A stretch of 64,000 nucleotides of DNA, from the NCBI GenBank assembly GCA_016839585.1, contig JAEOTZ010000041.1, positions 3,159-67,158 of the forward strand, written 5' to 3'. Shown in pieces: positions 1-9,482 of the stretch; the first letter of the stretch is position 1, and each line of letters starts with the position of its first letter. The translations under genes were made by a program, and so were the position numbers. The notes beneath the pieces were generated by a model. It ran no database searches, was not told the origin of the DNA, and saw only the letters and a list, made by a program, of their open reading frames with translations. This DNA comes from Promethearchaeota archaeon. GTDB lineage: Archaea > Asgardarchaeota > Lokiarchaeia > Sigyniarchaeales > SOKP01.

Positions 1-1143
1 TTATGGTTTAGATTTCCAGGAGGTATTAGTCCTGATATTGATCAAATCCCTGATCTTATAGGGGATGAAATTGCTGGATTATTAAATAATTTATATTTAT
101 TTTCCTTTCAGATTTTATTCGTGGTTGCAATAATATATGCCATAAGATCCTTTTTTAAAAGTGATCCAAAATATACACTTTATACAATTGGCTCTATAGT
201 TCTTATGATTGTTATCCCTTTTATGGTGTTTGAGTTTAATGATATGATGGCTTTATTAGGTATGGAAACTCTTCCATTCTTTGAAAATTTAGTAGATCCA
301 ATTGATAACATGTTAACTGATTTGCCAATTGATGATTTTGCCGCATTCATGGCAAGTCCTGTTACTGTATTTGGGATTATAGCTTACATATATTTAGAAC
401 TCTCATTTCAAGCAAATTATGCAGAAACTGTTACTAAACCTTCATTACAAAGAAGTGATAGATTAGAAGCCCAATTAGAAATATTAAAAAGAGAATCAAT
501 TCATATTACGGCAAATGTGGATAAAATTAGGGAAGAAGCTAAAAAAAGGAGAGAGGAAATCGAAACTGGACAAAAAGAAGGAATATCAGTAGGTAAATTT
601 TTCGCAAGAACAAGTAAACGATTTTCATTTGTAAAAGAAATGATAGAAAGGAGGAAATTGGAAGAAGAAGAGAAAAAATTGGTAACAGCCGCATCTAAAA
701 CAAGAAGGCTTGGTAGATATATAGATCGTCTTTTTAAGGAAGATCCAGAAGCACCTAATACATTAACGGCAAGGTCTTCGGCACCACGTGTAGGAAATTT
801 AGCATCTTCAACAGTGATTAATTTTAGTTATCGCGTTATTTTATTGATTTTTATAAGTTATATAATTATTCACCCTAGATGGTTCTTACTTAATGTTTTT
901 AATTTACCTCCTGCTATAACTGAAAGTGTTGTTATGTATTCGCCAGAATCTATTATAATTTTATTACTTCCGATAATGCTCCTTTTTCCTGTAATTTCTC
1001 AGATAATTTCTTACATTAAACACAGGAATTTGATAATTCGACTACAACAAGAGGGGCGTATAAAAGAGATTCTAGCATCTGTTGGAGATTACGTTAAAAA
1101 AGAAGAAGTAGAAGAGGAAGGAATCGTAGAAGAGACAGTTTAA
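1..1143 (+). CDS. membrane protein with central K/E-rich coiled-coil; 5' end cut by window edge
   Basis: The frame of ORF 121..1143 stays open back to nt 1 (40 codons, no stop), so the GTG at 121 is probably internal. Hydrophobic helices at both ends, charged helical middle. No family recognised. Confidence 0.55.
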   Translation, partial: LWFRFPGGISPDIDQIPDLIGDEIAGLLNNLYLFSFQILFVVAIIYAIRSFFKSDPKYTLYTIGSIVLMIVIPFMVFEFNDMMALLGMETLPFFENLVDPIDNMLTDLPIDDFAAFMASPVTVFGIIAYIYLELSFQANYAETVTKPSLQRSDRLEAQLEILKRESIHITANVDKIREEAKKRREEIETGQKEGISVGKFFARTSKRFSFVKEMIERRKLEEEEKKLVTAASKTRRLGRYIDRLFKEDPEAPNTLTARSSAPRVGNLASSTVINFSYRVILLIFISYIIIHPRWFLLNVFNLPPAITESVVMYSPESIIILLLPIMLLFPVISQIISYIKHRNLIIRLQQEGRIKEILASVGDYVKKEEVEEEGIVEETV

Positions 1144-1164
1144 ATATCTTTATTTTACTATATT

Positions 1165-2094
1165 TTACAAATTAATAATAAATTGAGCTAAATTTCTTTT
1201 TTTCTTTAAGTTTATCATTAAAGTATCATAACAATAAGCATTTATCCCCAATTCTTCAATTCTTGGTTTTAATTTGCAATCTTTATTGTCAATTATGAAA
1301 TGTTCTAAAAATTCCTTATAAAAAGTTGCAACACCAACACAAGAAACTTCTAAACCTAACGCTTGCATTAATGGAGCTGCTGGTCCTTTAACGGCAGCAC
1401 CTTCAATTATAGGGCTTATCGCAAAAACTTTGCTTTTCTCTTTCATTAGCGTTTTTTTTATTTTTGGAACTTGAAGTATTGTCCCTATAGATACAATTGG
1501 ATTTGAGGGACAAATCAAAATTTTTCTTGCATTTTTAATATAATCCAATATACCATTAACTGGTTTTACATTTTCAATTCCCTTGAATTTTACATCCAAA
1601 ACTTCCGGTTCACAGCGCTCTTTTATGTAATATTCTTCAAAATGAATCTCGCCATCATGAGTACCAATGAATGTCTCTACAGTTTCATTACACATAGGAA
1701 TTAGTTGTGATTTCACTCCTAATTTTTTGCAAATCATTTCTGTAATCTGAGCTTTAGTATAACCTCGAGTAAATAAATCAGTGCGATAAATATGCGTTGC
1801 TAAATCTTTGTCACCAGCATTAAACCAGCCCGTCTCGTAATATGTTTTCAATATTCTTAAACAATTGTATGTTTCATCAACAAAACCCCAACCTTTTTCT
1901 TTATCTACCAAATTAGCTAATGTATAGGTAATTATATCCAAGTCTGGACAGATTTTTAAACCAAACAATTCAATATCATCTCCAGTATTGACAATGATTT
2001 TGAGCAATTCTGGTTTTACAACATTAACTAACCCTTCAATAAATTTTGCTGCTCCCACTCCTCCAGCTAATATAACATAATAATCTTCTGACAT
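1165..2094 (-). CDS. cofD: 2-phospho-L-lactate transferase (F420 biosynthesis, CofD family)
   Basis: 309 aa. N-terminal VILAGGVGAAKF, NTGDD and ICPSNPIVSIGTIL motifs are typical of CofD/YvcK-family enzymes. Adjacent to cofE. Confidence 0.8.
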   Translation of the reverse strand: MSEDYYVILAGGVGAAKFIEGLVNVVKPELLKIIVNTGDDIELFGLKICPDLDIITYTLANLVDKEKGWGFVDETYNCLRILKTYYETGWFNAGDKDLATHIYRTDLFTRGYTKAQITEMICKKLGVKSQLIPMCNETVETFIGTHDGEIHFEEYYIKERCEPEVLDVKFKGIENVKPVNGILDYIKNARKILICPSNPIVSIGTILQVPKIKKTLMKEKSKVFAISPIIEGAAVKGPAAPLMQALGLEVSCVGVATFYKEFLEHFIIDNKDCKLKPRIEELGINAYCYDTLMINLKKKRNLAQFIINL

Positions 2095-2107
2095 ATTTTT
2101 ATTTTGC

Positions 2108-3520
2108 TTATTCTTTTAATTTAAAAATAATATCATTTAAGTTTTTACGTGGTGGTGCCTTAACTGGCTTTAAAGGATATCCCACAGTAAAAAATGCCAT
2201 TGGAATATAAGATTCAGGAAGTTTTAAAACCTCTTTTATAATTTCTTTAGTGAATAATGGAGCACAATACCAACACGCAGCTAATTTTTCTACTTCAAAA
2301 GCAATTAGTAAATAAATTGCTGAACAGCTAACGCTTTGGATTCCTAATATAAATTCATTTTGTGAGCGATCTTCATCTGGATATTTTTCTAAATCTTTCG
2401 AATCTAAACATAAGAGAATTAAGAATGGAGCTTCTAAGAAATTCATTCTTGTTTTATTAATCTTATTTCTAATAAAAGATTCTACTCTACCATCTTTTTC
2501 TAAATCAAATCTTAACTTTTCATTTATTTTATCAATTAACCTATTTCGTAAACTTCCTTTACTCAATATTACGTAACGCCAATGTTGTCCATTATGAGCA
2601 CTTGGAGCCCATCTGGCAAGTTCAATACAATTTTCAATAATTTTTTTATCAATATTCTTTGAATCAAAACCAAATTTATAACTTCTTCGATTTTTTAGAA
2701 TTCCTTTAGTGTTTTCACTAGTTCCTACTCGAAATAAATCGATTTTTTTTTCTCTTAATAGGGATTTGATTGATGTATTTTCCGTTAACTCAAAATCATA
2801 TCCTCTAATTAATACTATAGGAATTCCTTCATCTGCTTCACCCATAACTAATTGTGCAGCAGAAGCAAGACTATCAACATGTCCTATTATAGTACTATGA
2901 AGTTCATAATCAAATAAATCCCTTTTTCCACGTTTATCTAATATTGGAATTATTCCAGAAACACCTAAAGCCACTCCAACTGCTCCAACTCGAAATGGCC
3001 TTCCAAATGAATCAGAAATTATTATAGCGACATCTTTATTTGTGAGGCTTTTCAGATTTATTCTAATATTTTTAGCATCTTCATCTGGATTACTAGGTAA
3101 CAATCCCACATTCTCTTTCCCTTCAATATTAGATTTATCTATTCCAGCATTTGCACAAATAAATCCATGTTTCGTTTCTGTAATTAAGACATGTTCCACT
3201 TTTAGAATATCCTTTGATTCATCCAATATTAATTGAATTAATTCGGGGGTTTTTTCAGGAACACCTAAATTTTTTGCTTTTGACGAAATTTTTTCATGAA
3301 GTTCAATAGCTCTCAAGCTTGGTATTATTTCCTTAAGATTTCTAATCCTTCCATTGCTCTTTGTAATTATTGTTTGAGCAATAACGAAAATATCGCCATT
3401 CATAAGTTTCAGATTGTTTTTCTTTAAGGCTTCGAGAATAATTTTAGCAATATCATCCCCCTTCTTAATTAATGGAATCTGTTTTAATCCTACAATTTGA
3501 ATTTCATTCATAATAGTCAA
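2108..3520 (-). CDS. cofE: F420-0:gamma-glutamyl ligase (CofE) domain fused to a C-terminal nitroreductase-like domain (FbiB-type architecture)
   Basis: 470 aa. The N-terminal ~250 aa is CofE-like (GDIFVIAQTIITKS, ICANAGID, SDSFGRPFRVG). The C-terminal ~190 aa has the nitroreductase signature RRSYKF...ARWAPSAHNGQHWRYVIL. Confidence 0.7.
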   Translation of the reverse strand: MTIMNEIQIVGLKQIPLIKKGDDIAKIILEALKKNNLKLMNGDIFVIAQTIITKSNGRIRNLKEIIPSLRAIELHEKISSKAKNLGVPEKTPELIQLILDESKDILKVEHVLITETKHGFICANAGIDKSNIEGKENVGLLPSNPDEDAKNIRINLKSLTNKDVAIIISDSFGRPFRVGAVGVALGVSGIIPILDKRGKRDLFDYELHSTIIGHVDSLASAAQLVMGEADEGIPIVLIRGYDFELTENTSIKSLLREKKIDLFRVGTSENTKGILKNRRSYKFGFDSKNIDKKIIENCIELARWAPSAHNGQHWRYVILSKGSLRNRLIDKINEKLRFDLEKDGRVESFIRNKINKTRMNFLEAPFLILLCLDSKDLEKYPDEDRSQNEFILGIQSVSCSAIYLLIAFEVEKLAACWYCAPLFTKEIIKEVLKLPESYIPMAFFTVGYPLKPVKAPPRKNLNDIIFKLKE

Positions 3521-3535
3521 TTTAAATTGGAATTT

Positions 3536-4588
3536 TTATAAATTTAAATATCTTTTAATATCAGAATTTTTACTCATTGCTAAATTTTCAAATTTCTTTG
3601 GAATAGCACAACAAGCTGAAAAATATTTTAATTTTATTTGAGGATTATCCTTCTTTAACCATTTTATTGTTTGTTTTGATGGTATTTCAATTCTTGTGAT
3701 TCCTGCTTTAATAGCATACTTTTCTAGTTCTATTTTTATCGATCCTCTGGGACGCATACACCCAAGAGAAATTTCTGTATGAGGAAAAAGAAATCTAATT
3801 ATTGCTGCTACTTTTGCGATATCAATTGCCATTGGGGTTTTGAATTTAATAGAGTTTTTTGGAGGGATTAATGCAATTAGTACTATTAATGGGGGATTAA
3901 TCTTAGAATCCACAATAAATTTAATTGATTCTAATTCTTTATGGAGCTTTCCGTAATATAAACCGATACAAATATGAGGAACTATATTTAGTTTATATCG
4001 TTTTAATAGATTTATTGCTTTCTTATAATCCATTAAATTTTTATTTAAATGGTATATCTCTCTTATTATTTCCTCATCTAAATTAATATCAAAAGAAACA
4101 ATATCTACACCTGCTTCAGCTAATTTCTTAGCAGTAGCTTCATGCAATAATCCAGTATGGGTGTTTATTATTAAGTTAGTTTGACTTTTAACCTTTTTTA
4201 TTGTATTCAAAAAACCCATTAATGGTACTGAACCATCTGGCTCACATCCTCCGGAAATTAGGGCTCCAACACCACCATTTTCATAATGATTCATTAAAAA
4301 CAATTCCAAATCAAGATTGTTTAAGATTGGTTTCATTCCTTTCAAATATCTTTCATTACAATGTTCACAGTGAAGTGCACACTTATTACCTGTAATACTT
4401 ATTGCTGGAAATTTATTGGTAGGATTATAAACCTTCAATGTATTGTTAAAGTTCTGTTTGGTCATTTCATAAGCGATATTAAATAATGGCTCTATATCAT
4501 CCTTGTTTAAATTTAAAAAATATGAAAAATCTGACCAATTAGCATTTCCAGATTTTATTTTATCAAGTAATTGTTCAATTTCACTCAT
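3536..4588 (-). CDS. radical SAM protein (candidate LipS-type lipoyl synthase subunit)
   Basis: CALHCEHC is a CX3CX2C radical-SAM cluster motif. 350 aa. Overlaps the lplA-like gene by 8 nt in the same operon. Confidence 0.6.
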   Translation of the reverse strand: MSEIEQLLDKIKSGNANWSDFSYFLNLNKDDIEPLFNIAYEMTKQNFNNTLKVYNPTNKFPAISITGNKCALHCEHCNERYLKGMKPILNNLDLELFLMNHYENGGVGALISGGCEPDGSVPLMGFLNTIKKVKSQTNLIINTHTGLLHEATAKKLAEAGVDIVSFDINLDEEIIREIYHLNKNLMDYKKAINLLKRYKLNIVPHICIGLYYGKLHKELESIKFIVDSKINPPLIVLIALIPPKNSIKFKTPMAIDIAKVAAIIRFLFPHTEISLGCMRPRGSIKIELEKYAIKAGITRIEIPSKQTIKWLKKDNPQIKLKYFSACCAIPKKFENLAMSKNSDIKRYLNL

Positions 4589-5360
4589 ATTTCTTTAACC
4601 AATTCAGATTTGAATATTTCTCATTAACTAGGTTTTCAGCTAAGTTAAGCTCATAATCTGAAAAATAGCCCTCCTCTAATTTAATTTTTAAAATTTTTTC
4701 AAATCCAAATTTTAATGAGTTTACAAACTGCTTCTCATCATAAATTCTTAATTGATCCTTTATTCCTATACATTTAGCTCTAACAGATCTGACCATCCTT
4801 GATTTATCAACATACTCCGGAACTTTTAAAACAGAATACATTAAATCAGGATTAATTTCTAATAATATGGTACCATGTTGAAGAATATATCCTTTTCTTC
4901 TTACTTGTGCATTCCCAGAAAACTTTTTACCATCTAAAAAAATAGCGGGACAATGAATAATACCTTTTTCTGGTTCTAGTCCATAATTCCTTAAACCTGC
5001 GATAACTCCTTGCGTTATAATCTCAAATTGGTCTAAAATGGTTAATGCATTTAAATTCTTTAAAAATTTAATAGGACATACAATTGAATATGTGATTTCA
5101 CCACGAAAATCATGAAATACTGCCCCTCCTCCAGTAATCCTTCTAACTACATTGAATCCTTTTTCTTTGATATACTCTAAATCGACTTCTGCTGATAAAC
5201 TCTGATTTCTTCCTATACTAGCCGTTGATGGATTCCACTTGTAAAATCTTAAAGTATTTTGGGACTTGTTTTCAGAAACTGATTTTAAAATGGCTTCATC
5301 TAACGCCATATTCCAATACCCATTTCTAGTTTCAAAAGGTAAAATTCTCCATTTATCCAT
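4581..5360 (-). CDS. lplA: lipoate-protein ligase / octanoyltransferase family protein
   Basis: 259 aa BPL/LPL catalytic domain with RRITGGGAVFHD and the catalytic-Lys region GKKFSGNAQ. Confidence 0.7.
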   Translation of the reverse strand: MDKWRILPFETRNGYWNMALDEAILKSVSENKSQNTLRFYKWNPSTASIGRNQSLSAEVDLEYIKEKGFNVVRRITGGGAVFHDFRGEITYSIVCPIKFLKNLNALTILDQFEIITQGVIAGLRNYGLEPEKGIIHCPAIFLDGKKFSGNAQVRRKGYILQHGTILLEINPDLMYSVLKVPEYVDKSRMVRSVRAKCIGIKDQLRIYDEKQFVNSLKFGFEKILKIKLEEGYFSDYELNLAENLVNEKYSNLNWLKKYE

Positions 5361-5377
5361 TGTTTCTCAAAATGTAC

Positions 5378-6379
5378 CTAATTAACAAATCTATGCAATA
5401 AATTATAAATATCTTCTTTTTCATTCATAGTTAATTCTCTTGGATAATTAAATATTGGTCCAGAGGGTCTTGAAGTATAATAGGGACGATTACAACTAGG
5501 GCATCCTGAAGTCATAAAAGCATCATTGTCATCTATAATATTTTTTAATTCCAATTTATTTATATTAAACCTTATTACATCCCCCTTTAGATTAAAAGTA
5601 AAATCTTTTAAACTCTTTTGAACATTTAAAATAAGGTATCTTACAAGTTGTATTTTTCTGAATTTTAAAAGATCAGGTCGATTTAGATTCTCGAGTTTGG
5701 TGCCTTTTATAGGAGTAAACGCGAATAAGCTTACCTGTATTTTTAAATTATATAATTCCTTAATTAAATTTAATATGTCTTCTTGAGTTTCTCCTAATCC
5801 TACAATTAAATGAGTAGTGACAAAACCACCAGAAAAAATTTCTAATGCATCTTTAAGATTTTGAATGTGTTCACCCCAATTATAAGGTCCTTTCACACCC
5901 TCACCTTTTATCATTTTAAAAATTTCTTTGGTGGCACCATCTAAGGCAATCCCTACTCTCTCCACACCAATTAATTTTAAACCTTTTAATTTTTCTGTTG
6001 ACATTGGAGGAATTGCGATAGATATAGGTATATTAGAATTTTTTTTTACTTGAGTTATAATTTCTATTAAATCATCAAAATTTTTTGGATAATTCAATGT
6101 TTGTATACAAATTCTTTTGAATCTTTTAGGAGGAGGCAGATAGTTAAGTTTTGTTAAAAAGTCTTTAAAGGGAAACACTGGCCAAGTTACTCGTGATAAT
6201 TTTTCTGTTGAACTATTTGAATTACGTGCTTGAGGACAAAAGCCACAATTTGCAAGACAATGCCCTGGTATATAAGTCATAACATAACAAGTTGTTGGAG
6301 GATCTATGAATTTTTTATTTTGATACAAACCTAAGACTGATGCACTCCCAAACGAAACCCTAATTTTATCTATCGTCAT
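5378..6379 (-). CDS. radical SAM protein (candidate LipS-type lipoyl synthase subunit)
   Basis: CLANCGFC is a CX3CX2C motif, plus a C-terminal CPSC pair. 333 aa. Immediately upstream of the lplA-like gene. Confidence 0.6.
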   Translation of the reverse strand: MTIDKIRVSFGSASVLGLYQNKKFIDPPTTCYVMTYIPGHCLANCGFCPQARNSNSSTEKLSRVTWPVFPFKDFLTKLNYLPPPKRFKRICIQTLNYPKNFDDLIEIITQVKKNSNIPISIAIPPMSTEKLKGLKLIGVERVGIALDGATKEIFKMIKGEGVKGPYNWGEHIQNLKDALEIFSGGFVTTHLIVGLGETQEDILNLIKELYNLKIQVSLFAFTPIKGTKLENLNRPDLLKFRKIQLVRYLILNVQKSLKDFTFNLKGDVIRFNINKLELKNIIDDNDAFMTSGCPSCNRPYYTSRPSGPIFNYPRELTMNEKEDIYNLLHRFVN

Positions 6380-6513
6380 TAATTTTCCCTAATTTTTTTA
6401 TAATTTTAAGTTTTTTTCAAATAAAATTGAACTTATTCATAAAAAATTTATTGAATAAATTATTCAAGATTATATTTAAGTAAACTTTATTGAAAAAATT
6501 AGGTTTATTTATC

Positions 6514-9303
6514 ATGGTAAGCTATGATCCACAGAAAATCGAGAAAAAGTGGCAGCAGAAATGGGAAGCTAGCAATATATTTACAGTAAAAGAGGATCTG
6601 AAAAAAAAGAAGAATAAATATTATGTTCTGGAAATGTATCCATATCCCTCAGGAGAAGGACTCCATATGGGACACCTCCGGAATTACTCTATCGGAGATG
6701 TTTTTACACGATTTAAAAGAATGTGTGGGTATAATATTCTCTATCCAATGGGTTATGATTCATTTGGACTTCCAGCAGAAAATGCTGCTATAGACCAAAA
6801 TGCAAATCCTGAAGAGTGGACTAATGCTAATATGAAATTAATGAAAGAACAACAAAAGAGAATAGGTCTTTCTTATGATTGGTCTAGAATGATTTATAGC
6901 CATGATCCAAATTATTACAAATGGGATCAATGGTTTTTTTTAAAAATGTTCGATAGGAGCCTTGCATATAGACAAGAGAGTTATGTAAATTGGTGTCCTA
7001 GTTGCGCTACTGTCTTAGCAAATGAACAAGTTCAAAGTGGTCAATGTTGGCGATGCAATTCTGAAGTGGAGCAGAAATTTTTGACTCAATGGTTCTTAAA
7101 AATAAAAGATTATGCAGAAGAGTTATTAGATGGTTTAAACAAAGTGAATTGGCCTGAAAAGGTTAAAATAATGCAAAGAAATTGGATTGGAAGATCTGAA
7201 GGTTCAATAATCAAATTTCCAATTGTAGGTGAAGATAGAACTATAGATATCTTTACAACAAGAGCCGATACATTATTTGGTGCTACTTTCATGGTTTTCG
7301 CTCCTGAACATCCTTGGGTTAAAACCTGGGTAAAAAGTACAAAATACGAGAAAGATTTCGAAAAATTCTATGATGAGGTAATGAGACAAGATAAATTTGA
7401 AAGAACAGATATTGAAGTTATAAAAAAGGGAATGTTCATCGGAAAATACACTATTAACCCTATGACAAAAGAAGAGATCCCTATTTATATTGGAAATTTT
7501 GTCATTTTTGAATACGGTGCTGGGGCTGTTATGGCTGTTCCTGCCCATGACCAGCGAGATTTTGAATTTGCTAAAGAATATCATATTCCAATTAGAATAG
7601 TGATTCAACCTTTTGATTATGAGTTAAATGTAGATAAAATGATGCGTTCTTATGAGGGTGATGGTATCTTAGTTAATTCTGAAGAATTTAATGGTATAGA
7701 AAACCAAACAGCTATGAATGCTATTACAGAGAAGTTGGAACAAATTGGAATGGGCTTTGCGACGATTAATTATAAATTAAGAGATTGGTTAATCTCTCGC
7801 CAGAGATATTGGGGCTGTCCTATACCTATAATATATTGTGACGATTGTGGAATAGTACCTGTACCATATGAGGATTTACCTGTAGAATTACCAAAAGATG
7901 TAAAATTTACTGGAAAAGGAAACCCATTACAAACAAGTGAAAATTTCATAAAAGTTATATGTCCTAATTGTGGGAAACAGGGTATGCGCGAAACTGATAC
8001 AATGGACACATTTGTAGATAGCGCTTGGTATTTCTTCAGATTTATGGACCCAATTTCAAAAGAATTACCATACAGAAAAGATATTGTCGATTATTGGGGT
8101 AATGTGGATCAATATATAGGTGGAATTGAACATGCTATTATGCATTTACTATATGCGCGATTCTTTACTAAAGTTGCAAGAGATTTAGGTTTGCATTCTT
8201 TTGATGAGCCATTTCAACGATTATTAACTCAAGGAATGATCAATAAAGCTCATCCTTATTGTCCTAAATGTAATACTTTTACCATGAAGACAGATGTGCA
8301 TGACAAGAAATGTAAACGATGCGGAACAGAATATATTCTAAAAAGTGTTAAAATGAGTAAATCACTTGGTAATACGGTTGATCCCCTGAGCATAATGGAT
8401 GAATATGGAGCTGATGCTGCTAGGTTTTTTATTTTATTCGGAGCAAGTCCTGAATCTGGCTTAGAATGGTCAGATGAAGGTGTTGGGTTTGCAAATAAAT
8501 TCATAAAAAACACCTTTTCAATGCTAGTTGATCCTCCTGAGATTACAAGAAAAGAAAAAACTATTCGAGATACTCTTGTAAAATATATTTTAAACAAAAT
8601 GATAAAGCTAGTTACTAATAATTTTGAAAAAATATCAATTAGAGACGCTGTAAACAATATAATACAATTCACTTCTGAATTTAATAAATATAAAAATGAA
8701 GGTGTAGTTGAAGAAATTTTTGAAGAATGTAGAGAAAAATTACTTTTAATACTCCATCCAATTATTCCTCATATCACTGAAGAAATCTGGGAAATCATTG
8801 ATAAAAAAGGATTTATTAGTTTAGCTTCATGGCCTTCTTACAACAAAGAATTACTTACTCTTGAAAATGATTTCAAATGGAAGTTAATAAACAATATTCT
8901 AGATGATATTAACAATATTAAAACTGTTATGAGAAAAGAAGAATTAGATAAAATTTCAATTATTATAGCTGATGAATGGAAATATAGATTCTATAAACTG
9001 CTTCTATCATTGATTAATGAAACCAAAAATCAAGGTGAAATTATAAAAACACTCATGCAAAAAGATTACTTAAAGCCTCATAGTAAGTTCATAAGTCAAA
9101 TCATCACAAAAGTTTTAAAAAATGTAGGAAAGTATCCAAAATTCACTCTTACAACAAATGAGGAATACAAATTTTTTCAGGATATTAAATCAATGATTAT
9201 GAAAAAATATAACTGCGAGGTTGAAATTTTAATTGAGAAAGATTCGAATGCACAAAAAGCAATTCAATCTCTTCCAGGAAAGCCTGCTATTATCATTACA
9301 TAA
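6514..9303 (+). CDS. leuS: leucyl-tRNA synthetase, bacterial-type core
   Basis: HMGH (HIGH) and KMSKS motifs. NWCPSCATVLANEQV...MQRNWIGRSEG is nearly collinear with bacterial LeuRS. The ORF track starts at TTG 6490; ATG 6514 (MVSYDPQKIEKKWQ) is the likelier start. Confidence 0.9.
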   Translation: MVSYDPQKIEKKWQQKWEASNIFTVKEDLKKKKNKYYVLEMYPYPSGEGLHMGHLRNYSIGDVFTRFKRMCGYNILYPMGYDSFGLPAENAAIDQNANPEEWTNANMKLMKEQQKRIGLSYDWSRMIYSHDPNYYKWDQWFFLKMFDRSLAYRQESYVNWCPSCATVLANEQVQSGQCWRCNSEVEQKFLTQWFLKIKDYAEELLDGLNKVNWPEKVKIMQRNWIGRSEGSIIKFPIVGEDRTIDIFTTRADTLFGATFMVFAPEHPWVKTWVKSTKYEKDFEKFYDEVMRQDKFERTDIEVIKKGMFIGKYTINPMTKEEIPIYIGNFVIFEYGAGAVMAVPAHDQRDFEFAKEYHIPIRIVIQPFDYELNVDKMMRSYEGDGILVNSEEFNGIENQTAMNAITEKLEQIGMGFATINYKLRDWLISRQRYWGCPIPIIYCDDCGIVPVPYEDLPVELPKDVKFTGKGNPLQTSENFIKVICPNCGKQGMRETDTMDTFVDSAWYFFRFMDPISKELPYRKDIVDYWGNVDQYIGGIEHAIMHLLYARFFTKVARDLGLHSFDEPFQRLLTQGMINKAHPYCPKCNTFTMKTDVHDKKCKRCGTEYILKSVKMSKSLGNTVDPLSIMDEYGADAARFFILFGASPESGLEWSDEGVGFANKFIKNTFSMLVDPPEITRKEKTIRDTLVKYILNKMIKLVTNNFEKISIRDAVNNIIQFTSEFNKYKNEGVVEEIFEECREKLLLILHPIIPHITEEIWEIIDKKGFISLASWPSYNKELLTLENDFKWKLINNILDDINNIKTVMRKEELDKISIIIADEWKYRFYKLLLSLINETKNQGEIIKTLMQKDYLKPHSKFISQIITKVLKNVGKYPKFTLTTNEEYKFFQDIKSMIMKKYNCEVEILIEKDSNAQKAIQSLPGKPAIIIT

Positions 9304-9482
9304 GATCTTCTTAAAAGTTTTTTGAATAAAAGTAATTTATTTAATTACATCTTTCATATATTTCTTGATTCTAATTTATTAACTTAAAATTAACTAAATT
9401 ATTTTAAATGGAAAAATATTAAATCTTAATAAAATAAGGGTTAAATTAAATCCCATTAACAACAATTAAAACCTTCACATAA

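Noticed and set aside
3536-6379. The two radical SAM genes as FO synthase CofG/CofH, because they sit next to cofD-cofE.
   Set aside because: The sequence around the clusters does not resemble the CofG/CofH N-terminal motifs as I recall them, and an LplA-family gene is translationally coupled between them. This is not excluded; profile HMMs would decide.
7110-8672. Antisense ORFs inside leuS (7110..7292, 7273..7608, 7770..8009, 8256..8672) and similar antisense or overlapping ORFs elsewhere. The others are 2709..2900, 3042..3236, 4201..4395, 13574..13792, 15627..15971, 16220..16432, 17070..17261, 20152..20364, 22369..22554, 23662..23946, 26413..26634, 27765..27965, 33929..34114, 35300..35530, 36699..36989, 38054..38236, 39541..39723, 44590..44772, 45714..45905, 46962..47177, 47484..47720, 49304..49525, 50111..50314, 53156..53551, 54167..54373, 54895..55134, 58377..58562, 58993..59187, 59986..60195 and 63433..63762.
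   Set aside because: All lie opposite or within well-supported conserved genes. They have low-complexity or implausible composition and no recognisable motifs. They are typical shadow ORFs.
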